A DNA stretch of 64,000 bases. Source: Adineta vaga. Taxonomy: Eukaryota; Animalia; Rotifera. A program made the translations under genes and the position numbers. Shown here piece by piece: positions 28,701-44,966 of the stretch (the stretch's first letter is position 1; the number at the start of each line of letters is the position of its first letter). The DNA lies in assembly GCA_021613535.1 (NCBI GenBank), contig CP075495.1, positions 10,292,001 to 10,356,000 on the forward strand. The letters run 5' to 3'. The notes beneath the pieces are model-generated. The model searched no databases. It was not told the origin of the DNA and saw only the letters and a program-made list of their open reading frames with translations.

Positions 28701-31700
28701 GTAATCCTTTTTCCGATCTGATTCTTACAAAAGTATTAAGAAGAAAAAAAGATCTTATTTCATTTCTAATTATCTAAATTATTCGAAATCATTTCTATAG
28801 TCGGAGAGACGAACTTCTCGAGTTTCGTCGTTGTCGTCTGTATATACACTTCCGAAATACTAATTGAATTATGATGTTGTCAATAATGAAATTAAAGATT
28901 GTCTCGTTCTGATAATTATGTCATATGGATGTATATGGTTCTCTTTTTCGCTTCTTCTAGACATTGGGCATCTCTACGAAATTTAGTTGTTTCACTCTTG
29001 AGTAGTATGCGATCCATCGTTAGTTTACTGTTTCTTCTCTTCTTATTTATTCTCATATTCGCTTTATTGGGTATGCAATTATTTGGTGGCGAGTAAGTTA
29101 ATCTTTTCTTCTTCTTTTTCATTCTATTCTGTTTGCTTGTTTTTATCTCTTCTAAATAGATTTAGTTTTGAACAAGAAACTCCATTACAAAATTTTAATA
29201 AATTTGCTACTGCCTTAATTACTGTCTTTCAAGTAATGCATCGATGAAATATTATTGCGAAAAATAAAAATTAAATCTTTTCATTGATTTCATAGATTTT
29301 AACTGGTGAAGATTGGAATGAAATTATGTATAATGGTATTCGATCACAAGGAGGTGCCAATGGTAAAGGAATGATTTATTCACTTTATTTTATTATTTTG
29401 GTCTTATTTGGCAATTGTAAGTTTTGATCATCATTTCAAAGCCGAAATTAAAATGAAAATAATTTTTTAGATACACTATTGAATGTCTTTTTGGCTATTG
29501 CCGTTGATAATTTAGCTAATGCCCATGAATTAACTAAAGATGAAGAAGAAGAACAAGCAGCAGAAGAAGAGGTATTTCATTCTTATGGATTTCTTTTCGT
29601 TATAGAATAATAAATTGATTTTTAGAAACGTGAACGTGAAACAAAAGATGTCGAATTAATGTTTAAATTAGGTTCACCACCGCCACAGCCACCATCAGTA
29701 GAAGGAGGGACAACAGCACCGTCAAATGTGAAAATGAAAAAACCAGAACAAGAATCGATAACACCTAGAAATAATCTTCAACAAACGTATGTTTAACGAA
29801 AGAAAAAGAACAATCTTTTGAAATTAATTTCCTTTTTATTTTCTCTAGAACCAAAAAAGAGTATGTGAATAATGCAACTAAAACAGCTTTTGATCTTCAA
29901 ACACCACCACAACATCAACATACATCTAGTTCAAAAGATAACAGTGATTTTCTTGATCGACAATTCTTTGAAAAAGCTAATTTAGATTACATACCTGGTC
30001 TTGATTATGATATGGGCCCAGTTTTTATTCCAAGTAAAATTCAATTTATAAAGAAAAACAAAGAAAAATGTTTGTTTTTTCCGTGTCTAACAGCTCTGAA
30101 TAGACTACCAGGACTTGATGATCCAGCTGCTGCTGCTGCTGCTGCTGCTAAAGCTCGTGCAGATGAAGAGGCAAAGAAGAAAGCCGCAGCTGCTGCAGCT
30201 GCAGCTGAAGCTAAGAGAAAAGAACAAGCATCACGTGTAGTCAAACCTATTGTACCATACAGCTCAATGTTTATCTTCAGTACTACTAATCCGTAAGTGA
30301 ATTAAACAATTGTATCATGATCTTACAAGTTTTTTCTTGTTTAGTATTCGTCGATTTTGTCATTTTATTGTTACTCTTCGATATTTTGAATTACTTATTA
30401 TGATTGTCATTTGTCTTAGTTCAATTTCCTTAGCTGCTGAAGATCCTGTACATGAAAATTCTAAGCGAAATGTTATTCTAAATTATGTTGATTACGCATT
30501 TACAGGTGTATTCACAGTTGAATTATTGCTCAAAGTTTGTTGATGATAGAATTCATTATTTTTATGATATTCTTCTTTATCTTTATCTTTTTCAAAGATT
30601 GTTGATTTAGGTGTTGTATTTCACGAAGGAGCCTATTGTCGTGATGTCTGGAATTTACTTGATGCATTAGTTGTTATTTGTGCATTAGTTGCTTTTGGTT
30701 TTACGTAAGAAAACTCTAGATGATGGAAAATCTCAAGAATATATCATTGAATTTTGATTTTAGTGAGAATGGCGCTGGTAAAAACTTAAATACAATCAAA
30801 TCACTTCGTGTTCTACGTGTCTTACGACCATTAAAAACAATAAATCGTGTACCAAAATTAAAAGCTGTATTTGATTGTGTGATTACTTCATTATCGAATG
30901 TGTTGACAATATTGTAAATAAATTCATATTCTTAAATTTGAAATGAAAGTTTTTCTTCTAATTAGAATTGTTTATATGTTATTTCAATTTATTTTTGCCG
31001 TTATTGCCGTACAATTATTCAAAGGAAAATTTTATCGATGTACCGATTTATCAAAATTAACACCAGATGAATGCCAGTAAGTGTTAAACATGAATTAATT
31101 GTAGTTTTCTATTGAATAAAAATTATTTTCAGAGGATATTTCTTTGATTTTGGCGATGGAAAACATAAACCTGAACGTAAACGTCGAATATGGGAACCCT
31201 ATGATTTTACATATGATAGTGTTCCACAAGCGATGTTAACATTATTTACTGTTCAAACAGGTGAAGGATGGCCAACGTAAGTTATTGCCAGATTAATATA
31301 AGATTTTCATGAACAATATTTATAGAGTATTACAACATTCAATTGATGCAACGGGTATTAATCGTGGACCTCAACCAGGTCATCGACTTGAAATTGCGAT
31401 GTTTTATGTTGTTTATTTCATTGTATTTCCATTTTTTTTCGTCAATATTTTCGTCGCTTTAATTATTATTACATTTCAAGATCAAGGACAAAAAGAATTA
31501 GAAGAAGCAGAAATTAATAAAAATCAGGTAAGAAAGAAAAGAAAAACAAAATATTTCTTATAAAAAAAAACTTCTCTTAGAAATCTTGTATTGATTTTAC
31601 ATTAAATGCTGTACCTATTCAACGATGTAAACCAAAACAAGAAAATTCATTACGTTATCGAATATGGCAATTATGTACATCATCTTATTTTGAATTTTGT

Positions 31701-34700
31701 ATTATGGTTATGATTGCATTGAACACATGTGTATTGATGGCAAAAGTAAATGATTTATTTTTTGTTAAAATTTCTAAATATGAAATTTTTATCTTTATTT
31801 GTTAGTATTATCGAAGTCCATCGACTTATAATGATATATTAACATATGCGAATACAACATTTACTGCTCTATTTACTGTTGAAAGTATTTTGAAAATAAT
31901 TGCATTTGGTTTACGAGTATGTTGAGAAGATTGTCGAAAAGATTTAATCATTGAAATAATATTCGTATTTTTCTAGAATTATTTTCGTGATAAATGGAAT
32001 GCATTTGATTTTATTACAGTTCTTGGAAGTATTGCTGATGTACTCGTAACAGAATTTCGAGTTTGTATTCATTGAAAAGAAAATGAATAGTTTTCCAATG
32101 ATCTTCTTCATTTAGGTTACAAAACAAAACGTTGCATTTACAGCTGGTCCACAAAAGCATAAGGTATTGAAAAGAATCTATTCTTCATAATCGTAAATAT
32201 CTTTTCATATTCAGAATACATTACTCAATTTGGGTTTTCTTCGATTATTTCGTGCTGCTCGTTTAATTAAACTTCTTCGTCAAGGTTATACAATTCGTAT
32301 TCTACTTTGGACATTTATGCAGTCATTTAAAGTAACGTCTTATCTGTTCGATAGTTTATCAATTCATTCCTATATATAGGCACTTCCTTATGTTTGTCTG
32401 TTAATTGCAATGCTCTTTTTTATCTATGCAATCATTGGCATGCAGGTATGAGATATTTTCTTTTCTTTTCTTTTGATCGATTTATATAGTTCAATACGAA
32501 AAAATAATTTCTTCTCTCTTATGAGTTAAAAGAACATTTCGTTTCCCCTACAGATGTTTGGTAATATAAAAGTCGATCATGGATCGACTATACACAATCA
32601 CAATAATTTTCAGAACATTTTTCAAGCGACACTCGTCTTATTCAGGCAAGAGAAATTATTCTCTAGATAATATATATATATATTTATTCAAAAATTTGTC
32701 TTTTGACTTGAAATGAATGAATTAGAGATATTTTATATAATTTCATCTTTTCGTTTTATTTTTATTTTTTGATCTGTGATGTGATTAGTAGTGATAGTGA
32801 AGTTTTAGTTACAAATCTTTTTTTAATTTTTCTTATTCAATTTTGCATGTTTCTTGTTTTTTTTTACATAATTTCTTTTTTTTCCTTATCTTAACAAAAA
32901 GGTTTTTGGAAATGTTCGTCATGACTCGGCTAAATCCGAGATAAGTCGACACAATAATTTTTCCAATTTTTTCTATGCTTTAATGCTCTTGTTCAGGTAT
33001 TTGTGATTGTTGTCGCTTATTTGATGTGCTATTTCTAAACGAATCTGTATTCTTTATAAAAATTGAATGATTTTATTTAGATGTGCTACTGGTGAAAGTT
33101 GGCAAGCAGTTATGTTAGCATGTAAAGCTGGTGTCGAATGTCATTCAACAATAATTAGTAAATCGTTTCATCATACAAGTGTAACAACAACATCACATCA
33201 TAAAAGTGGTCATAGTTTAAATCTCAAATGTGGATCTGATTTTGCATATCTTTATTTTTGTTCATTTGTATTTCTCTCATCATTTCTAGTAAGAAATTTC
33301 ATTTGAGAAGAAACTATATGAAAGTAAACTTGTTGTTGTTTTTTTTTCTTCTTTGTTCTATTAAGATGTTAAATTTATTCGTTGCTGTTATTATGGATAA
33401 TTTTGATTATTTAACGAGAGATTCATCGATTTTAGGAGCACATCATCTAGATGAATTTCTACGAGCTTGGTCCGAATATGATCCAGATGGAACGTATGTA
33501 ACTTTTGAAAGAAAAATTTCCTGTTTGTCTTAATCGATTATTATCGAAAATAGAGGAAAATTGGAATATACAAAGATGTTTGAAATGCTACGGCTTATGT
33601 CACCACCCGTTGGTTTTGGTACGAAATGTCCATCGAAATTGGCGTATAAAGTAAGAAAACTCTCAATATATGCGAATACAACAACTTGTTAAATAACTTT
33701 TTAATATTTAGCGTTTAATTCGTATGAATATGCCAATTGATGAAAATCGACAAGTGCATTTTACTACAACACTATTTGCACTCATTCGTGAGTCTCTGGG
33801 AATCAAAATGCGTGCTGGTAAGTTTCTTAATTTCGTTTATTCACATAATTGAATGACTATTTGTAAAAAAAAAACAACCTTTTCTTCTTATAGCGGCAGA
33901 AGAAATGGATGAAGCCGATAATGAATTACGAGATGTTATATGCAAAGTTTGGCCTAATCATGCAAAAAAGAATGTCAAACTACATGAAGGTGGAACGAAA
34001 TCATTACTTGATCTAGTTGTACCACCTAAGAATGGTAAAACAAACTCGAATATCATCTTCTTATTGATCTGATTATATTTTTCTTAGAATTACATGGAAT
34101 ACCAGGTTTTCCAAAACTAACAGTTGGAAAAGTATATGCCATATGTTTATATATTGATAATTATCGATCATATAAACAAGGACATAGCAACGATACTGTA
34201 AGTTCAACTATTATAGATTTTCTTTTTCTATATGAACAGCTTAAAAATTTATCACGATACTATTACTACTAAGAATAATGATAATGAAATATTTTATATT
34301 CAAAACATCTATCTATATAGATAACGAGCAAAAGCAGTAGTCTTGCATTAATCTCAACTGATGATGAGGTCAGTTATGCCTGAATGATGCATGCTTGCCG
34401 AAGATTAACATTTTTTTCAATTAATCTTGATTTATTTTTGAAACAATTGAAAGAAAACCAATATCTTTCAATTGACTAAGAATCTATGTTATGTATTTTG
34501 TTCCATTCTTTATATTTGATTTCCCATCAAGATAGTTTTTTTAGGCATGAACATCTTCTTTTATTTATTTGCCTACCTACCTTTCTTTTACTAATTCCTA
34601 TTCATCTTGATACTATTTTAATCATACGATTCAACCAACCCCATCTTCTTCTTCTTATTTTTGCCGTAATGATTTGAACTGATTACTCATATCACATGTC

Positions 34701-36270
34701 GATGGGAATTGATGCTATAATCTATTATTTATTTATAGGGTTTTAATTTGAATCGACTTGTATCAGCACTTAAAGAACGCGTTCATTCCAAAGAAGGTAT
34801 CAGTGAATATGATTATGACGGAAGACGATCATCATTTCGTCGATCAGGATCCAATCGATCATCGGTACGAATTGATTTTATAATATTTACTGAACTAAGA
34901 CAAAATTTTCTGTTTTATAGAATTTCGAAAACTTATTCTTGGGTAAAAATAAAGTATCGACAAGCCGTCGACCCAGTAGTGGTTTAGAAAATGGACATGT
35001 CATAAATTCCAAAGGACCAAATTTAATCAATCTCGACGAAACAAAACGAACAAGTCAACAAACTCATGATGGTTTTATAATTCAACATCAATATGGTACG
35101 ACATTAAATGTTCCAGATCCTACTAGTGTTCTTCATGTTTTACCGATTGCAACATCACCCGCACCATTGAATGCTCCTCGACCAGCAATAATGTCGACAC
35201 CAAAATCATCCATGATTTGCGTTAAAAATCCTTCGACAGCAATTGCTTTATCACCAACAGAAACACGTCCATTATTACTTGTAACAACCGAAAACCATCA
35301 ACATCGACCACAAACAATAACAGTACCTAATGAACGTCGTCTACCATTGAATGGTCGAATGGCACCGATTATTTCAACTAAACAACGACAACAACCAAAA
35401 TTACCCACAACGAACAATCATCAGATGATCAATGAAACAACAACAACAACAACAACACAAAAACTACCTAGTAAACGATATGTGAATAATCGACCACGAA
35501 CAGCTTTATTTTTTACATCTACAAGTAATTAATAAAGAATGAATTTTTTCAATTTGATTTTCATAAAAATGATTTATTTAGGAGGACCTGATCAATCACC
35601 TGAACAACATCAACCATTACTTAGTAGTAGTGGTAATGATATTAGCCGTCATGGTTCAGTTGATTCTCATACATCTACTGATGACGGTATGGGTCCAAAT
35701 GATAATTGGTCAACTGCACCAAGGTTAGTTAGTTTTATTTCTTCGAAACCTACTTTGATTGTTAAATCTTTTTACAGAACGATAACATCATCAAATATAA
35801 GAACATCTGCTAGCAATAATTCACAATTGATCAATACTGCTCAACCTCGACCACAGCCGAATATGAGTGCTCGACAATTGCCAACATTACCAATTCCTAT
35901 ACGACAGTTACAACCAGCTGATAGTTTGAAGACAAATACATTGTTTTCAGATGATCATAATACAGAAAATGAAGAAGAAGAAGAAGAAGAAGAAGAAGAA
36001 GAAGACGACGACGTTTTATCCGGCCGATTTTCTCATTCTGGAGAGTTATTTTATTATCAAACATCATCTTCTTCATCAGCATCGAAATTAGAGGCATCAC
36101 CCTCAGCAGAAAGTTCCGACAATGAAAATAATGAGGAGCAGTATCGACATGATAATCAAGACGAAGATAATGATGACGACGACGATGATGAGGATGAACA
36201 GAGAATAAATGAAGGACATATAAATGATGAAGATGATGATCAAACTTCATCGTATGAATACGAAAATTAA
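25798..36270 (+). CDS. Voltage-gated calcium channel alpha-1 subunit, Cav2 (cacophony/unc-2/CACNA1A-B type), more than 40 exons
   Basis: Four repeats with S4 segments ([58 protein letters not shown]). EEEE filter: [43 protein letters not shown]-hand region [20 protein letters not shown]-like [15 protein letters not shown] and RDSSILG favour Cav2 over Cav1. Confidence 0.96.
30126..30206 (+). repeat. Two poly-Ala(8) tracts in the Cav2 II-III linker; the first is a pure (GCT)8
   Basis: GATCCA(GCT)8AAAGCT...AAAGCCGCAGCTGCTGCAGCTGCAGCT read directly. Confidence 0.9.
32554..32645 (+). other. Cav2 domain IV S5-P mutually exclusive exon A (92 nt, GC donor)
   Basis: cag|ATGTTTGGTAAT...TTCAG|gcaag encodes [31 protein letters not shown], phase 0 to 2. 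Confidence 0.8.
32902..32996 (+). other. Cav2 domain IV S5-P mutually exclusive exon B (95 nt)
   Basis: aag|GTTTTTGGAAAT...TTCAG|gtatt encodes [32 protein letters not shown], phase 0 to 2. Confidence 0.85.
35971..36003 (+). repeat. (GAA)11 coding trinucleotide repeat (poly-Glu) in the Cav2 C-tail
   Basis: Read directly. Confidence 0.95.
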
Positions 36271-37969
36271 TTATTTTTTTTTCTTTTTGGAATATTTTGT
36301 TTTGTTTAAGTAATAAATTTCTAAGACCATATATATATTTACAACTATTACTTTTTAAAACAACCTATATCACATTTATGATGAAGTCTTCAATGGGTAC
36401 ATAAGTAATAAATTTCATCTAAATAATTCAACATTGCCATCAGTAATACAATTCGTTACATGGTACTTCCTTAACAATATTTCTATACGAATGAAAGTGA
36501 TCGATCAATCAACAATAAATACTAGATTAGTATTTATCTGTCTATATCAGATGAATATAAACTAGACATCAATCACGACAAACTTAGTGAATGAGAGATA
36601 CTATTTAAGTGTCGTATGTGGTTAAGAACTAGCTTATTGATCGTTCAATGTAGTCTAGTACCAAGTTTATCTTTATATAAGGCGATTGAAATAATATCAA
36701 TCTATTTAGTTAGAAAAAATAGAATTTCCCAAGTGATCAAATCAATTTGTTTAGGATCACAATAAAATTTACACCACTGAAGCGAAAGCTAGCTTCTATA
36801 AAAACGTACTATTACTGTGTCGATCGTTCAATATAGAATACCTTTGATATTACTGACTCTTTTCCAAAATACAAATATACATCATCTTATAGATTCTCTA
36901 AAAACTTCCAATTAAATATTCACCTGTTCGAAAGAATCAAATCTCTGTCAAGCATATATTAAAGTACATTATCGATCGAATAGCATTTCTCCTAGACGAT
37001 TCATCATTGATCGATATATATATATATATATATTTAATGTTACATCGGAAAAGTAAGCTTGATAGAAAAAACAATCTTTCAATACTTTCTTAACATAATG
37101 AATGAAAGAAACGAGTATTAATAAAATTTTTGTGTCAAAAACTTTCACAACAAATTGATAAATTAAAATTGATTTTCGCTTTTTAAGTATTTAATATTGC
37201 ATTTTTCTCAAGTTTGATAAATACACTTCAAGATAAGTTAACATTTTCTTAAGAAGAATATTTTTTACTATTTATGTATATATTTTAAATATTCCTCATA
37301 TCTCATATATTCTCTTTCATTTTGTTAGGCTAAATAAAATCATTGTTATGGTTACCAACATGTTGATTTCCCTTGTGTGAAGAATAAAATATCCATTCTA
37401 TTCTTCTCGTTTTTCTCTTCGCATCTTTTTTTTTATTTACTCGCTATTATATTCAATTGGCGAACATGATGACTTGAAAAAGATGAAGTTAAAATGAGCT
37501 GCAATTCTATGCAATGATATATGAGACATGTCGTCAGTTATACGATATATACATCTTCAAATCTTTTTGTTTTCATCACTTTCTCATGTTGCACGACTCT
37601 CTTCATTTTTTTCTCTTTATTCGAAGGGGTTTTGTGGATTTATATAGAAGAATGATTCATTCATTGATATGAGCCATCGTTCTCTATTAGACTGTTTGTG
37701 TGCATTTTAGTGCAGAAGGAATGCAATTATGCCGGCCGTCTGTCTTTCTTTTTAACTGGAAAAGGGGTGAGCGCAAGCGAACGACAGAGAAAGAGAAACG
37801 CGAACAACGTCAGTGGGTTGTTGTTCTTTCTCTCTCCTTCTCTCCTTCTCTCCTTTTCTATATTATCTCGTCGTCCGTCTAGCAGTATAACATTTTCTCA
37901 GTCACTGTAGATCGACATTCTTTGCACTCTCAATTCATTCTTAAAGAATAAAAACAAAATAATTACAAA

Positions 37970-39994
<2,025 letters not shown>

Positions 39995-41101
39995 AAAAAT
40001 GGAAAAACCTTTTTCTTCGACAATATTCGATATTACGTGTTGTGTCTCTATATATTAACCAATTTATCCTACTACTATCTTTTCGTTGTGTACACGTGTT
40101 TAACAAAGCGTTCATATATTCTCCTTTACACAATCTTTTTTCATTCATTGCTCTTATCAAAGAAAATAAATAAATAAATTTCATAAAAATAATTCAATTA
40201 TTATTACTGAATGGGGCATAGATTAAGAACGAGGGTGATGAGAAGAAAAACGATGAAAATAGTGAGATTGAATAGAATGGCATTTGAAAGAATCATATAC
40301 TTCATTTTTGATATACCCGTTTGTTTGAATAAGCTAAAGATATTATGTATTTAAAAAACCGTTTATAACGATTATTTCGTACTAAAATAGATTTGAAAAT
40401 ACATGTGCAATGTATATTTGACTTTCAGGTATCCTTTGTTTTCCCATCATGCTTTTCATCATAACGATAAAATATTCCGATGTCCCTCGCGTATGAATGT
40501 TCATCTATTCTCTTTTTTCTTTCCTTCTCGTCATTTATATATCGAAACTTCTAGTGGTGAAAATCATGATCAGAATAATTTGCCAGCTCATACAAGTAGA
40601 TAGTTAGTCATTCGAACTGATTTTCGCACTTTCTTCATCATCTTACATGACGGTCTAATTTGCTTCTTTTTCTTTCCTCCTTTTTTCTTTCCCTCTGCTT
40701 AGTTGTGATGAATACCAAATAATGATTCATTCATCCATCGATGTATGATGTCGTCCTCCGAGAGGTTTTTGTATATGTAACTGTGTATATATATACATCT
40801 TATAGAATAACCAATGGAAAAAGGTCGTCCATTTCTTTCTTTTACTAAACAGAAAGGATGATAGTTACGAGTTTTTCTCTGACGGACGACAACAAATACA
40901 AAATAATGTCTGTATCGTGTCTTTTTCTTTTTCTCTATTCTTCTATTTTTTCTCTCTTATCTGACTAGACCCGCCAACTCCTCTCTTGTTTGATTCAGTC
41001 ATATATCAACGCTTGTAACTGCTGCAAAAGCATTATTCTTTTCTTACTGTCTATCGTTGTAGATCGTCTAAAATTTTTTTCATCGATTAAATAAATAAAT
41101 A

Positions 41102-42907
<1,806 letters not shown>

Positions 42908-43187
42908 GCGGTGTCAATGATCAATGAACAAATAATAATTTCTCTATCTATATAGCGAGCAATAATACTTCTAGCTTGTGTTTAGGTACTTCTTTCTTAC
43001 TACTATTTCTCCTATTGTTTGTCATGTGTACGTGATTTCTTATCGTAATCCACTTTTTTTTGCTCTTGATCAAATTTTCTTTTATACTGGCGTCTTATAA
43101 CCATACAAATAAAAATGAATGATACATCTATTAAACAGTTGTTTCTATCAATTCTATGTCATTCCAGATGTTGAGGTAAAGAAGACA

Positions 43188-44966
43188 ATGAATGCTGAAT
43201 ATATTTTTTTGTTATTAATACTTGTTTGTCAATTAAATGGTTCTAAAGAAGGTGAGTGGAATTTCATGCTTTTACGTATTTTATTTATTGAAATGAACTT
43301 CAAATTCGCATTTGCTTATAATACATTTGCATACTATATTCATCGATAAACCGATTTTAATCATCTGTATTGTGGCATTAACACTCTCATCTTCATTGTC
43401 TCTGTGCAACTTTAAGAAATATGAACACTAATAGAGTTTTTCTTTTAGCTGATAATTATATCCTGTTTATTGCTCCACCTGAACGTGGTCATTTAAATCC
43501 AATTCTCGAATTAGCTAAACAATTAACATTTCATGGAACTGATAATAATACTGAAATACTTGTTAGTGTACCATCTTATGCTGATGTTAATGTTTCATCA
43601 TGGATAATTGATGAAGGTCTTAATTATCTCGACGGTGGTATTGCTCATGATGTTACTCTTACTGATATGCATGAATTTTCTTTAATGGACTCTCAACATA
43701 TAGGAAGTTATCTCACATTTATATCTCGAATGGCTGATCTTTTTCATAGTTTTAATCGTGTTGCTTATGAAACATTATTACCTGTTCTTCGTCAAAAACG
43801 TGCTAAACCTCGTGTAATTATTTTCGATTTAAATATGTTATGGGCCATTGATTTAGCTAAAGAACTTGGTTCAATACCAGCAATTGTTGTTTGTCCATTT
43901 CTTATTGATGCATTGAATTTACCTAGTATGACTCCACAATGGCATACACCATCCTACATTGTACCATATTCACCAGGAACATTTCTTGGTCGTTTACAAT
44001 TATTCTTCTATCGTTCAATAATATTACCATATCAAAATTATTTTATATTTTCTCAAGTTTATCAACGAAATTTTAATTATGAATTTCTAATTAAAAAACA
44101 TTATCTTACTGTATTTGTTAATACAGCACCACCTTTTGAAATCCCACGTTCGTCTATCAATCCTGCTATTCATTTCTTAGGTCCATTTGTATATCCACAT
44201 CGTTTACAATCAATCAATTCTAATCTACTCACATGGCTGGATGATATTGTTCAACAAAATGATACACTTATTTATATTAGTCTTGGTTCTATCGGTGTTC
44301 TCACACAAGATCAATCGGATAAACTTGTTTCTGCATTTCATCAATTAATACAAAGAAAACATTCCTCTCAAATTCGTGTTCTATGGGCACGAGGTAATAC
44401 ATTACAAAGTAATGATAGTCGTTTTCGTCTGGAAGGTTTTGTACCACAAAAAACCATCTTATCACATGCAGCTATGCAACAAGAACGTTCAGTTTATATA
44501 AATCATTGTGGAATGAGTTCAATGCATGAATCAATTACATTTGGTATTCCACAAATTGCATTTCCACTGTTTCTTGATCAACATCAAGTCGCTAAACGTA
44601 GTGTTGAATTAAAAATGGGTTTATATATCGATAAAAATCATTTTACATCCGATGAATTAATTGAAAAAATTCTTCATGTTATACATAATCCACAAATTTA
44701 TCGTCGTAATACACAAGCAAATAGCCGATGCATTTCGTATTAATGGTAATGGTCTACAACGTGCTCAAAATATTATTGAATATATGAGTAAATATGGACG
44801 TGATATTCAAAAACAAATCTTGTCTTATGATAGTCAGATGAACTGGCTTGAAAGAAATTCGTTCGATATTCTTATGTGTTTTCTTGTATTAATTTTTATT
44901 CTCATTTTCTCTATACGATTTATTTCGAACAAATTCATATCAATACGAAAGAAAAAAAAAGAATAA
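43188..44966 (+). CDS. UDP-glycosyltransferase (GT1): signal-peptide exon 43188-43251, intron 43252-43448, one long exon with an apparent +1 frameshift near 44711-44716
   Basis: PPERGHLNP, IYISLGS and the UGT signature FVPQKTILSH...YINHCGMSSMHESITFGIPQIAFPLFLDQ. The second frame supplies GLQRAQNIIEY...NWLERNSFDI, a TM helix and KKKKE*. Confidence 0.88.

Noticed and set aside
35897-36250. Antisense and alternative-frame ORFs in the track (for example 35897-36250, 59331-59699, 30041-30244, 21626-22033, 60019-60330)
   Set aside because: Shadows of low-complexity coding exons or chance ORFs in AT-rich DNA, with no independent coding signal.
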